64,000 nt of DNA from NCBI RefSeq assembly GCF_009914755.1, contig NC_060931.1; one strand, given 5' to 3'. The DNA comes from the human T2T-CHM13v2.0 reference genome, Homo sapiens. The position numbers and the translations under genes were made by a program. How positions within the stretch are numbered: the first letter of the stretch is position 1; every line of letters begins with the position of its first letter. The notes under the pieces are model-generated. The model searched no databases. It was not told the origin of the DNA and was given only the letters and a program-made list of their open reading frames with translations. Shown one piece after another: positions 1-13,652 of this stretch.

Positions 1-387
1 GCAGCAGCTGAAAAAGTTCGAAAAAATGTGGCTGCTCAAAACTATAGCAACAGAGGGACACATGATGAAGCAAAACAAGCAATGCGTAAAGCATTTTGGT
101 TTATAGCTGGGGAATTATAATCATTCTGATTAAGTAGATTTCCATATAAAAAGACAATAGTGTGGCTAAGAGTCTCAGAAAAATTCCAAGTATATTTTCA
201 ACCATTTTCTACTTTGATCACCACCCTACTTGCTAAGAGAGTGACTTTTTGCATGCAGAAGACATATGTTTATAGAGTCTTTCAATATTTAGTCAACATT
301 AATTTATTGACTACCTCCCTTGTATTCCAGGCAGAGTATGTATGGTACAGAACGCTATGAGGTACGTATGACTCTTGCCCCCGTGTT

Positions 388-490
388 AGATATGAGGAAA
401 CCAGGCAGAAACATTAATAACCTATCCAGAATTACACAGCAAGTAAGTGGTTAGGCTGGAGTCAGAATCCAGAGCTCTGACCCCAGAGCA
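388..490 (-). mobile_element. MIR fragment
   Basis: gaggaaac...acacagcaagtaagtgg...gaatccag, antisense MIR core. Confidence 0.6.
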
Positions 491-774
491 CATGGCTCAA
501 CCACTACAGGGTACCACCAGTGGGACTCAGAGACGTACGGAAACTTTTCAATACCGACCCGCTCTGAGTGTATCTTGGTCAGGGCCATTGATTCTTCTTC
601 TCTGTGACAAAGATTTCAGGGATGTTGATTCCTAATCACTGACTGCTTTAATCTGCCTCCCACTGGGATACTGGAATAACTGGGATACTCTGTAGCACCC
701 TTCACAGCTGTTTGTGAGTTGCCTTCTGTGTGGAGTGTAATCAAAACAGCCTTAAAAACCAAGCATCAGAAACC

Positions 775-945
775 CTGCGTTAAAGCCTCAGCTCTGCCAA
801 ATACCAGCTGTGTGGCCTTGAGAAAGGCACTCAATCCTTTGAGATTCAGTTTCTTCATTTGTAAAAATGACCACCTCCCAGGGTTATGGCATGAATTATT
901 TTGTTTAACCAATATTGAGCATCTTGTATGTGTCAAACACTTGGC
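775..945 (+). mobile_element. MIR
   Basis: ctctgcc...agctgtgtggccttg...cagtttcttcatttgtaaaa, MIR core. Confidence 0.75.
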
Positions 946-1014
946 AAAGATTTGAGTACACACTGCAGATGAAAGAGATGCCAGTGCTGCCTTTTTCGGA
1001 GGGGGCGGCAGAGG

Positions 1015-1131
1015 GGATGAAGTCTCCCTCTGTTCCTCTATCACCCAGGCTGGAGTGCAGTGGCAGCGTGATCTCGGCTCACTGCAACCTCCGCCTCCCA
1101 GGTTCAAGCGATTCTCCTGCCTCAGCCTCTC
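1015..1131 (-). mobile_element. Truncated Alu (part of right arm)
   Basis: cccaggctggagtgcagtggc...ctcctgcctcagcctc, then an abrupt end. Confidence 0.9.
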
Positions 1132-2189
1132 ATAATTCTGCCTTGTTGTGGAGCTTGCAGTCAAGTAAGGAAGCTAGACAAAAAGAAATAAGCAAATATA
1201 TGAATAATCACAAGTTGGGATAAGGGTTGCAAAAGAAATGAAAGATCTTGGCCTTGGGAAATTGAGTGGAGGGAAGCACCATAAGGCGGCGCCAGGGATG
1301 GTGTCTCGGAAGAGAATGTGTTTGAAAGATGAGGAGGCACCTGCCAACAGAAGAGTAGAGAGAATGACAGGCTTAGGCATGGCGTCTTCAAAGCCTCTGT
1401 GCTGGAGAAAAGGAGTCAATGAAAATTCACCATTTTATGCATATAAGGGCACTTTGTAACTAAAGTAGGCTAAACCCATGTCAGAAATTTCTCTTGCAAA
1501 TAGAAAATAGCACTGGCCACTTCCAAAGCACAGCTTGGACCGTGTTCTTCCCATAAGAGTCAAGACTAACATTCCAACCCAGTGAAGTTTGTTCCATTTC
1601 CACAAGATAACAGCCTTTATCCCCCTACACCAAAATTGTAGGTGCCTGGACTGAATAAACATAAGCACCAGTGTTTCCCCTGATTTCTAGCAGCTACCAA
1701 GGAACAGAACTTCCTCCCTCTCTCACTTTTCCATTTCCTCTACCTCCTGTCCTTGCAGATTGGGCAGCAATTTCGAAAAATTTCCTGAAGTTGACTGATG
1801 ACAGGACATGGATGTCTGAAGTCTGAACTGCCTGGCCAGGACTAGGAAGAGATGTCAGGAAAGGAGAAGTGAGGGTCCTTCTGTGATTCTTCTCTCCCTC
1901 TCTCCTGTTGGTGCCTTCTTTTGGGGGTGATGGTCTGCAGGGACAAGCTCCTTCTTTTCTTTTCAAATGTTTTGTTCTTTAAAAGTTTTGTTCACCATCA
2001 TTAGAAATATCTATGGAATGTAAAGAAAACATGTAATGCTAAGGCAGGAAGGACCTATTGTCCTGGGATCCCGGGAGGACAGAGAACGCTGCTACTTAAC
2101 TTATGCTTAGTGTTTCTTATAGGAGATGTAGTTAAGGTCTCAGCTCCAGTGTCGCCAAGGGAGGATTTTCTGTCCCTCGGCTCGAAGGT

Positions 2190-2430
2190 TAGCCAGCCCC
2201 TGATCTCAGTCACCCTCCATGACATCACCCTTCATTGTTTTCCTCACAGCATTTATCATTGTCTAAAATGATATTGTGTTTTTAATTTTTTGTTTATCAT
2301 CTACCTCCTCCACTAAAATAGAAACACCGTAAGTTCAAGGCTGGCATCTATCCTGTTCACCCTGAGTCGCTAGTTTGTATAATAGTGTATTATATCATGG
2401 GCACTCGATGGCTGAAAGATGAATGTTTGA
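2190..2430 (+). mobile_element. L2 3' end fragment
   Basis: cagcatttatcattgtct...ctcctccactaaaata...tgttcaccctgagtc...gatgaatg, typical L2 3' pattern. Confidence 0.6.
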
Positions 2431-2439
2431 ATAGATTGA

Positions 2440-2690
2440 GTGATAACAAGAGCTAAGACTTCCATAGCTCTTATCCTGTTCCAGGTACTTCTTCAAGCAC
2501 TTTAAACATCAATTTATTTCACCTTTCTGATAAACACATGAGGTAGGCACTAGGATGGTTCTTATTTACAGATTAGTAAACTAAGGCACAGAGAAGCAAA
2601 ACAATTTGTCTAAGGTCACACAGTAATAAATGCTAGAATGACAATTCAAACAGACTGGTTGGCTATATAATATGTGCTTTTATCCACTCT
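2440..2690 (-). mobile_element. MIR
   Basis: tttacagattagtaaactaaggcacagagaag...tttgtctaaggtcacacag. Confidence 0.8.
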
Positions 2691-2811
2691 ATGGGATGCG
2701 TTTTTGTTCCAAAACAAATACTGGTGATACCAAAACAAGGCTCTTTTACAACAAAATTATTTCCTACAAATGAGAAGCTTGATCAGTTTAAACCAAGGAT
2801 TCAATCATTCA

Positions 2812-2842
2812 TGTGTGTGTGTGTGTGTGTGTGTCTGTGTGT
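2812..2842. repeat. (TG)n microsatellite
   Basis: Directly visible. Confidence 0.95.
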
Positions 2843-4343
2843 AATGAAATATAGAAAATCAAACACTGAATATTCTCTCAGCTAGAACTCTTGGGTTATC
2901 AAGAGTTACCTCTGCTTCTGCCTATATCTCATTCAGAGAAAAAGCACTCTGGAGAATACCTGAGGAAGTAAAGAAGGTGTTTCTTCTATCTACAAATTCC
3001 ATTTCTAACCTGTGCAAGGTGCTCACACAGTGGTCAGGCCAAGCTGAGAATGATGAGTTGTGGACTTACCAGCCATCCTTTTGATTGGCTGGTTACTTTG
3101 TGTCTGAACACTCTGAAGCTACCAGCCATGACAGTAGTGGGGGTGGGGTTCATGGTAGAGTTGAGAAGGAGGATTATAAATGTGTGAACTCCAAGAGCAT
3201 CTCCAAAGACATAAAGACAGAGGTAGTGGTCCTACATCTGTCTTTGAGTCCCCTTGGTCATACATCTTCAAACCTAAAGGATAATGATCTAGCCTGTCTC
3301 CAGTTATTGGGCAGCACAGAATTCATGCTGCCTATAAAGTGAGACCAAATCTCTAAATCACTGTTGTCTGTAGCCAGGAGTCTGCCTCTTAAAGAAGAGA
3401 GTGAAAAGAAAATCAATGTGTCTGAAACTTTAGCCTGTCTTCTTGGCTATCTGATCAGTTAAGATTCCCAGAATAAAAAGTAAAACGGAGATAATTGATA
3501 ACCATTTTCAGCCTCCTCTGTTTCTCAGAAGTTGACAGTGTTTCCTAAGTGTGATCTTGGTCTTTCCCATTATACCCTTGTAAAATGGCAGGCAAATTTC
3601 CACACAAATTTCATTTGAGCTTTAATCTGCCCATCCAGCCTGTCTGTAAACAGCAACTGGCATGTCTTGACTCCAAAAGAAGTTTCTTCTTTAAAAAAAT
3701 ATTTTCACCCAGAGCTTCAATTATGTCACTTCCCTTTCAGACCAGTTGAACAGATTAATGCATGCTCATGGATTAAATTGAACTGATATTTTTTAATGGG
3801 AAGGGTAAATGATGTCTATGCATGTCTATCATGTGCTTTACTCTTAATGAAAAATATTTTAAAATGTATATTGTTACATCATTTTGAAATTCTTTTTTAA
3901 AAAATTATGATGAGCTGCATATCATGAAACTGTTTTCATCCTGCCATTCATTGCTCAAAAACCTTAGATGGCCACAATTTCTCATGTGCCTGACTTCTAA
4001 GAGCCTTACAAGCCCTCCCCTGTGTATCATGCCTTATTGCTTGGGTTGTCAAAATTGTAATCCCAGAAACATTTAGTCTTTACTGAAGCTCTAGATGTGA
4101 GGCATTGAAGAGAACCATTTTCTCTTTTTTCCATGGGCTGCATTCATACCTACCCATTTTTCAAGTTCTGCCTTCTTCCCTTACTTTCTAGCTCTGGTCC
4201 ATCTCACTTTCTGAACTCTTAGAAGAATTTAGTCTGTATCTCTGATGGCTTCTTTTAATTGTATGTTTTCATGTATTTTTATGTTTTATACAGATTACTA
4301 TTGTCTTTTCAAGGAGACAGAAACAGCTTCAGGGTAGAGCACT

Positions 4344-4670
4344 GTATCAGTTAGGAATGCATTTGCCTGCAAGTAACGAAAAAATCCCAACAACACACAA
4401 AAGACATTTATTATTCTCATATTACAAGAAATTTGGAGGCAGGTAGTCCAGGGCTGCTAACCCAAGGGTATTGTCGAGGAATTTACTTGGGGCTGTTTAT
4501 TCCAGGGACTTTTTTATGTGTTTCTTTTGATAGAATTATGTCCCATACCACTTCTAGTTAGTAGAGAAGCTAGGAGGCCAAAGGCTTCACCTTTCAGCTA
4601 CTATAGTACATGAAGGCAAGGAGGAGGCTTGGAATGACTGTCGAGTGAGCCTGCTGAGGGTAACTACCAC
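4344..4670. mobile_element. Old MLT1-family (MaLR) LTR fragment
   Basis: tgtatcagttaggaatgcatttgcctgcaagtaac...acaagaaatttggaggcaggtagtccagggctg. Confidence 0.65.
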
Positions 4671-6316
4671 AGGGCCACTGATATTGCTCATATTTTATCC
4701 TGCAGGTGTAATACACATTTGGCTGATAGGTTTTCAATTTGGCACATTATTTCTCTGCTATATCTTACCCTCATTTATTCCACTCTTTAGCACTTCTTCT
4801 CCATTTAAAAGATGAATACACAGTTCTAGAGGAGGTGGTAGTGGTAATGATCCTGGAAATAACTAATACTTGTTGGCCACTTACTATGCCAGGCAAGATT
4901 AAGCACTTAATATGTGCTTAAATTAGTAGACCAGTCTTAACCATCTTTCAGTCTTTTCGATCATCATGAGAAGGTTTACTAGAATGTCTGCCTCAGCTGA
5001 CAAGCTGCGGAATCAAAAGATGCTAGTCATTTTGAATCCATAAACTCACCAATTCAGTCAACACTATTCTTTCTTCATATTTCTTGTGTACTTCTTTCTG
5101 CCTATCACCATCATCTATCTATGTTAATTTTGGTTTAGGGTTTTATTATTGTACCCACCTGTTTCGGTTCCCCTAGGTCTTTGTTGACCTTTTCATTCAT
5201 TTACTCATTCATTCATTCATTCATATTGTTTTCTGGGCCCAGCCACATTTCAGATTGGCATATGCCAGTTGATATGGTGTCTCCCAAACTCCTGGCAGCC
5301 TACCTGACAATTCAGAATTGCTCCTGAGCCAGGCCATTGTTGCATGTAGCTCAGACCTGTGAGCCCAGCTTTCTGAAGAGATTAGCAAAGCATATCCAGC
5401 AACTTCTCAGTTGAGCATGCCAGAAGAATAAAATAAAACCAATAAATAGTTATTGAGCCACAAAATCAAAGGATTATAGCACTGGATGAAACCTTAGAGA
5501 TCATCTCTTCCAATTTCCTCTTCGAGTTCTTTTTTTAAGTTGAGTGTGCTGTTCTTTTTATATTTTCATATTCTTTTCTAATAATATATTCACACAATAC
5601 CCTTCACTTGATGAAAGAGAAACACGAAGGGCAGGATCACACAGCTATGGCCAGAAGCCAGAGTGTGCTGCTTGCCCATGCCCTTTTTTGAGGGACCATG
5701 TCTAAGGCTCTCCACTGGGGGGTGGGAGGGAGGAGGGATATGGAGGAAGAGGAGTGTGGAATGTGTTTAGAGTGTTCCAATATGGGATTATCATCACACA
5801 TGAAAAGATTGGCAGGGATTATCAACACCATGGTACTGATGACTTTATCATCTTCCTCCTTCTCCAAATCTACCCCTACTGCATCCCCTGCCTCCCTCCT
5901 TGAGGGCAAACACCATATACTGCTCACTTCTTTCCTGTGTGGCACTTACTTCTGCTATGAAAAATCATTCCTTTATATAATTCTTTGTTTAATGTTCCCT
6001 TTCCTACACTGTAAACTCCATGATGATTGATAGATACTACGCCTGCCTATGACATCCCCAATTATTTGTTGGATTAATAAATTATCATAGTCATCCTAGA
6101 CTTTTCCCTTTCAATCATAACCTACAACTTGAAAGTTTGTGTTCTATATGCTATTTATCTACTTGGAAAATCTCATGTTTGTCTTTTTGTCTTCATCCTT
6201 ACCATACCTGCCTTAGTTTAGGGCCTCATCACCCTTTCTGTGGTTTTCTAAATGGTCTCTTTTATCCAGCCTCCTCACTCCTGCAGCTAGAGCTGTTTTT
6301 CTCAAATGAAAATTTC

Positions 6317-6664
<348 letters not shown>

Positions 6665-6724
6665 TCATAATTCATATTATAATTCAAATTATGTCTAGCT
6701 TCAGTAGTGAAGATAGTGAATTTC

Positions 6725-7170
6725 TATTCAATCATTCATTTATTCATTCACTCAAGAGATAGCTTTGAGAGGCCATAGTTTGCTGGACTCTCTTTTGGGG
6801 GCTTTTTATGTAGAAGTCAACATAAAAGTTTGCTCTCAAAATGCTCACAGATTAGTGAGAATGGCTGATAAAAAACAAGATACAATTCTAAAATATGGAC
6901 TTACACTTTGTGATGACTGTCAATGTGAAAGAAACAAGTAAGATGCTAAAATGGAGTTTGAATAGAGGGGCAGAAGGGGAGGGAGAGATGGTTTAGATAG
7001 ATTAGGTAGGAAAAGCTTTTCTGGAAAGTGACGTTTCAGATGAGACCCCAAGGATCAGAAAGAGCTGTTTGTGTGAAGATGCAGAGGGCAAACTATTTGC
7101 ACAGAAGAAACAACAGGACGAAGGCACTTTGGTGGGGAAGAACTTGCACTGCTTAGTCTGTGAATTGAGG
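6725..7170 (-). mobile_element. L2 fragment
   Basis: (attc)n tail followed by antisense L2-like sequence. Confidence 0.55.
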
Positions 7171-7705
7171 GTGTTCATAAAGATATCTGAGTCCTTCAAC
7201 TTCTACAAGTCAACCAATTAAGAACTTATGTTTAAACATAAAATATTGGTTTAAACAATGCATTTATAGTTGTTATTTTTTATTTTTTACTGTGTTTTTC
7301 CAACAATACTTGGTTAATAGTTTGGCCAAGGAATATTAGACTAGGTATGGAAATGAAAAGGAATTCAGACAGCTCAGTGCTTCAGACTGTGTGGGCTTAT
7401 CAAATTGTAGCTTGACATCGTTTTTGGTGACTTAATATGCATCTTTGGGAATCTTTATCATTAGCCTCGTTAGCTACAGAGACTCTTTCCTGAGTGTAAA
7501 TATTGATTTATGATTTTTAATTAATGGTCTCTCCTGGATTTTTCCAATGTTTATCAAATTTTGGGGCTTGTTTTGTATGCCAAATGAGGTTTATCAGCAA
7601 AGATACGGACTAAGAATTTTTAATATGGAACAATCACTGCAGTGTTGGTTAAGAAAATCTTGATCCCTGCCTTCATTCAAATTGCTATCTTAAAGAAAGA
7701 AACTA

Positions 7706-7706
<1 letters not shown>

Positions 7707-7738
<32 letters not shown>

Positions 7739-7753
7739 ACACACACACACACA
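7707..7753. repeat. (CA)n microsatellite
   Basis: Directly visible. Confidence 0.95.
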
Positions 7754-7786
7754 GTGAGGGCTGGTTGCTAGGAAGGTTTGCATATT

Positions 7787-8088
7787 CTTTTTTCTTTTTT
7801 TTTTGGAAACAGAATCTCACTCTGTTGCCTAGGCTGGAGTGCAGTGGCACAATCACAGCTCACTCCAACCTCAACCTCTCCGGACTCAAGCAATTCTCCC
7901 ACCTCAGCCTCCTAAGTAGCTGAGACCATAGGCACCTACCACCACACCTGGCTTATTTTGGATTTTTTGGCAGAGACAGGGTTTTGTCATTTTGCCCAGG
8001 GTGATCTTGAATTCCTGGGCTCAAGACATCCACCAGCCTCAGCCTCCCAAAGTACTAGGACTGCAGGTGTGTGCCACCACGCCCGGTC
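7787..8088 (-). mobile_element. AluJ
   Basis: Poly-T followed by an antisense dimeric Alu. Confidence 0.92.
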
Positions 8089-11000
8089 ACATTCTGTTTC
8101 TTGATCTTAAACAAGAGAGAATGCACCAATACAATTGATATTATTATAACTTCTGCAGTTAATAATAATACACTCCACATAATGTTTAGAAATTAGTTCA
8201 TTTTATATATGAAAAACCTGACAATCTGCAAATGATCTTTTTCACATCCCATAGCAAATCAGAGAACAAAACTTGGAAATATTGCTCCTCCAAAAGAGTG
8301 GTCAGATCATAAGTAGAGAGTACTTTGTATACTTCTTCCCAAATCCCAGAGAGGTGAAATGTCTATATTCATTTCTTACCCTGCTTATTTATTGTATGAG
8401 AGGAAAATTAACAGATCTGCTTATTTTAAATATTTGGCTACAATTTAAAAAAGTCTTTTTAATGAAATATATTGAGCTGGGAACATGTAGTGTGCATACC
8501 TGGCCCAGTTGTTCCACGCCACACTTCATGAATGCTTTGTAGTATTAGTTCCTCTAGACTATTTGAATAATTATGAGTCAGACTAATGATTTCAGCCTCT
8601 CCTAATATTTAACTAGGGTATGTGATAAATTTCTTGGCTTTAATCTTATCTCTGTTTGGCCTTCAGCATTTTCTAGAATAAGTCCAATATTCTGATGCAA
8701 ACGTGGGTCTCCTCTTAAAACAGAACACAACAAAACAAAATTCCTTAAAACAAATAGGCTGTAGTAAAATACCAACAGACATTCCTTAGCTCTAGAAAAG
8801 GGATTAGGCATTTTGGGAGGCTTAAATTTTGTGTCCTAAGAGCTAAGAAATAGAAACAGGAATATGGATTTTTGTTGGTATTTATTATATTCTGCCTTAG
8901 CTGCACATTTTTTCCTCAAAAATGAGCATTGAACAATATATTTAAATTTAATAAAAGGAATCCATGTTTTAATTTTTCATAATACAAGTGTGAGTTGGAA
9001 TCAAGACCTCCATCATTTCTTGGTACTTTGGCTTCTCACTGGAACTTGAGTAGTGCAGGCCGGGCACTAATCATGGACCCAAAGACCTCACAAGGACTTA
9101 CCTGACAGTCATCAAGAACAGACCTCAAGGAGCCCTGAAATCATGTCTTATCTGCTATGTAGGAGAACCCAGTTCTCCAGTAAATTTGAATTGGGACAGG
9201 CAAGAGTTTGTTATCAACGAGGTTCCTTTGATACTTAAAAGCATGTCAACTTGAGACCAGCAGCAGTGTTGTAGAGTGAAAATCAATGCCACAAATCCTG
9301 CCTGAAATTCACAACTGGCTATGTTTGTGGTTTTCTATGAACCTACTCCTGCAAAAAATGACGGCACACACAAGTATGAGATCAGCTAGATGTAAAAGAC
9401 AAGTACTCCCTTAGTGTATGAGGAATATAATCCCACTGTCATTCCCATGCCTCTTCACTCTGGCCTCACAGACTATAGGATGTGCAGGAGGAATTTGGTT
9501 GAAACTGTTAACCTTAGTTACCTGCTCCAGAGCAGTGTAGGTGGGTGTGCCTCCTCTCCCTTCTCAGATACTCTGCACTCTCAGCTCAGCCCTAAATGGT
9601 GAAACTCTAGATAATAAAGCAAGAGCCTCAGCCACAGAGCGTAACTCTCCATCCAGACTGCTCACACCATAAAAATGTCGTGATGGAGCAACCTTTACTG
9701 CCCTGCATTGCCTACAGGTTTTCCATGTTTACCATGTGAACTCAGTGACAACATTTCTGTGGTATTTTGATTTTGATCACACATGAAGTAACAAATGCCC
9801 AAAACACTATGATATTGGTGAAAAGCTTACCAAACATCTTTCAAAAACCAACAACGCAAAAATAAGAATTTCAGCAACAACTAACAAAAGTATAGCTATT
9901 TGGATGTTCATTTTACCATTTGGAAAAAATGCCTCTTTTATATCATTTCTATCACATGACTGCTTGCGACAAAATTAGATTAAGAAAAATTACATAGAAA
10001 GTGTTTCTATATTTTATGGCGATCACAAGAAAGAACTATGAAAGTTGCCTTTGTATGGTAAGTTCCACAATTAGGATATAGTACAAAATATGGGCTGGCC
10101 ACATGCTGGAAGAAAATGAGCCTGGGAATTGGGAGTGTTGCCAGGACAGCATTTTAAAATTACACACCTCCTGCAAATGTACGATGCTCATTCCTCTCCT
10201 TCTTCAAACTGATGATTCCTACCTAGTTCCCCAGATCGAGACCCGCTTCCCTAGAGTACTGAGGGAAAATGATTTCCTCACCTTCAGTTCATCGGTCATT
10301 GCAGCAGCATGCCCCTGAGAAGGAGTTTTAATATCCAGTTTGTTTTCCCTGAGAGCCAGTGCTTTAAAATTGAGTTCTATTGTCAAGCACATTTAACTTC
10401 TTGTCTCTAAATCTTTGGTGCAGCTGGGGCCCCTTTTAGAAGGTTGGTTTTCCCCAAATGATTGAGTGTCATCCTGAACGACATCACCCACAATGACCCC
10501 TTCATCTCTGCATCAAGTCAGGGGCCTACATTCCATTATCCTTGTTCAAGAGTCAAGAATCCCTAGTGGAAATGCAGTGTTCCTGGGAGCTGGGTTAATG
10601 TTAGCTAATGCCCCAGAGAGGATGATTTGGCCCAGGTGATTCTCCCAGAACTCAGGAGCTGCTGCTTAATAAGTTTGAAGGGGACCATCCAGAAGCTGGG
10701 TATGCAGGGTCATGACAAGGACCACCCCCCCATCGGGTGATGGCTGAAGGGACTGTCTTTGGGTTAGGGAAGATGGGGCTAAAATTTCAAAGGGGAAAGC
10801 GTGGAACCAAGAAAAGCTGGACCCAGGCAGTCCCCTTGCAAAATCCATTGCTCAGACAAAGAAACTTGGACCCCCAAGGAATTTAGTGACTTGCCAACAC
10901 CCACATAGCAACTTTGTGGTGAGCTAAACGTAGCACAAGGTTCTCCTGACTTCCAGGGTATACTTGTTCCACTCTGCCGAAGCGTACCCTCCTTCGGGCA

Positions 11001-12389
11001 TGGCAGATGTGGAGGCCTGCAGGCGGTGTTTGCTTCAGGGAAAAAACAAAACTAAACTAAACACCCAAAATGTGCTTTGGGTCCTTCACATTTCTAGCTA
11101 CATCATTTTCTCTGCCAGAAAGGAAATGGTGAGTTAGACTACAATTTGAAATGATTTTATAGATCCAGCTCCATGAGAAGAGTTGTCACCTCCGCAATCT
11201 TATTCCAGATAAAATACCCTAAATCCTCCAGGATTTGTCTTTCATTCCTTACCTTCTGCTCCTCTGACCTGCAGTCGCCATCCCATTCGTTTTTATGGAT
11301 GGATCATGGAAACCAGAAATACACACACAGCAAACACATCTGTCTTTTGGGTCAAAAGAAAAGGCACGTGTGTGCACGTGTGTGTATGTGCTCCTGTGTG
11401 TGCACGTGTTCCTGGGTGTGCATGTCACAATGCGAAGCAAGTTATGGGAGGACCAAAATTAACAAGATCTCCCACAAATACCTGGGTGTAAGATGGCCTT
11501 TATCCAACCCAGCAATTGTGCTGGAACCCCGTATTAGAGTCTCATTGTTCTTTGTTGCCTTTGTTTTAAGTTCAGCATGAACTGGTTTTTTTCTTTTTTG
11601 CTATAAAAAAATAAATCTGAAAACAATAAGTCTTGTTCATTGACATAAACCTGCTGTCGGTTCCTTGTGGGACCTATGCTGATAAAAACCAGGGAAAAAC
11701 TATTTTATTTGCAATGCAAAGAATTTTTGCCTGTGGAGATTTTTGTAGTTCAACAGCAGTAAAGGTATGGATAGCAACCAAATAAGCTGTTAAAATCTAT
11801 ATGCCCCGCCCTCACCCTTCTCCCAGTCCCAAGAGACATAATTAAAACTCCAGAAAGTGAGAAGCTGTTACTAATACAAACGTAACTATTTAGTTCAACA
11901 GAATCATGCATTTACCAACTTCGTTTTTACTTCATTTTTAAAAATAGTTCAAGCTGAACTTTTTTTGCTCTTTCACATACAAAGGGCTTTTCTGCATGTT
12001 AATGCTTTAATACGATTTGCCAATCAGCCTGTTAATATCTGTCAAGGAATAAACATGCTGCTCGGCAATGGGGTAATACTTTTTATTAGGGCCTCTGTGT
12101 ATACTTCAGATGTGAGCTTCACTCCTTCTGCTGAAAATGTTCCAATTGATTGCTCATGTATTAGTCTCATCTCAGTTCTGTTAACAAAGTTATTTGCAGT
12201 CCTAGCTGACTAAACTGTCCATCGTGAATTTTTGCATGCGATCAGAGTACAGATGGGAGCAGATGTAAATGGCATATGTAATAGCTAGCATATTTTTCAA
12301 GACGGATGAACACAAGCATGCTAAACCTTGGCCCAGAGTGTATACAGATCTGTTCAAGATATGCCACAAACAGACCGAAAGGAGGGTAG

Positions 12390-12393
<4 letters not shown>

Positions 12394-12479
<86 letters not shown>
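12394..12479. repeat. Long (CA)n microsatellite, ~43 units, one interruption
   Basis: Directly visible. Confidence 0.97.
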
Positions 12480-12481
<2 letters not shown>

Positions 12482-13243
12482 TGGGCTTGTCTAGCCCCAA
12501 ACTTCTAAAGACCCTTTGAGAAAGCCAGTTCCTCGAGAATAAATTCTCAATTGTCGGGTCCTGAGGGTTTGCAGTGGCACCTGCATTGAACTTGTAGGTG
12601 TTAGGAATTTTTTTCTCTCGCTCAATTTGCGTAACAATGTGAGTATATCTAAGAATTCATAAACAGAGTCATAGATCTGCCCCTGGAACCAGCCTTCCTG
12701 GGAAATTCCAAAAACACTTGCAAATTCCCATAGGGAATCTTCCAGCTAAGTTTAGGGCATATTTGTCCAAGGTCACCGACAGGGTGAATTATATGGGTCA
12801 AATTTCTAGGTGTCTGTATGTGTCTGGCACTCCACTTCCATTCCAAACTGGCTAGAAAAGAATGTTTCATTTTTCCATTCACTTTCAGTGTCTGCCCTGT
12901 TCCCATAGTAACCTTTGGCTGTCACCCTCCCCCACCTTACACAGATAGATACACATCCTTTCTGAATTAAATGGAACTATATGACCTAGGTTATTTAAGT
13001 CCTCCCTATCCTGTGTTTGCTCATCTGTAATAGGGTGATAATAGAAATACCTACTTCAACAGGTTGTTATGAGATTAAATGAGGTAAAGAAGCATCAGGT
13101 TTTACCACAATCACCATCACTACTTTGTGCTAGAGGCAAATCTCCATAAGAAAGTTGTCCCTTTAAGTCTCACGAATAGTTCACGGGTTTGGGAGGTGGG
13201 GGGGGGGCGGAAGAAAAAAAAAAACACACAAACCTGGAGTCCT

Positions 13244-13652
13244 GGCTGGGTGTGGTGGCTCATGCCTGGAATTCCAGCACTTTGGCAGGGCCAAGGCAGG
13301 AGGATCACTTGAGCTCAGGAGTTCAAGACCAGCATGGGCAACATAGGGATACCCCATCTCCACAAGAGATAATAATCTGCTGGGCATGGTGGTGTGTACC
13401 TATAGTCCAGCTGCTAGGGAGGCTGAGGTGGGAGAATTGTTTGGGCCCAAGAGGTCAAGGCTACAGTGAGCTAGGATCCCCTCACTGTACTCCAGCCTGG
13501 ACAGCAGAACAAGATTCAGTGTCAAAGAAAGAAAAGGAAGGAAGGGAGGGAGGGGAGAAAGACAGAGAGGGAGAGAAAGAAAAAGAAAAGAAAAGAAAAA
13601 GAAAGAAAGAAAGAGAAAGAAAGAAAAAGGGAAAGGAAGGGAAGGGAAGGGG
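13244..13652 (+). mobile_element. AluJ with an expanded purine-rich (GAAA/GGAA) tail
   Basis: Alu 13244-13523; tail 13524-13651; ggagtcct/ggagttcct TSD-like flanks. Confidence 0.9.

Noticed and set aside
12202-12519. HT/CV-repeat ORFs
   Set aside because: Artefacts of the (CA)n microsatellite
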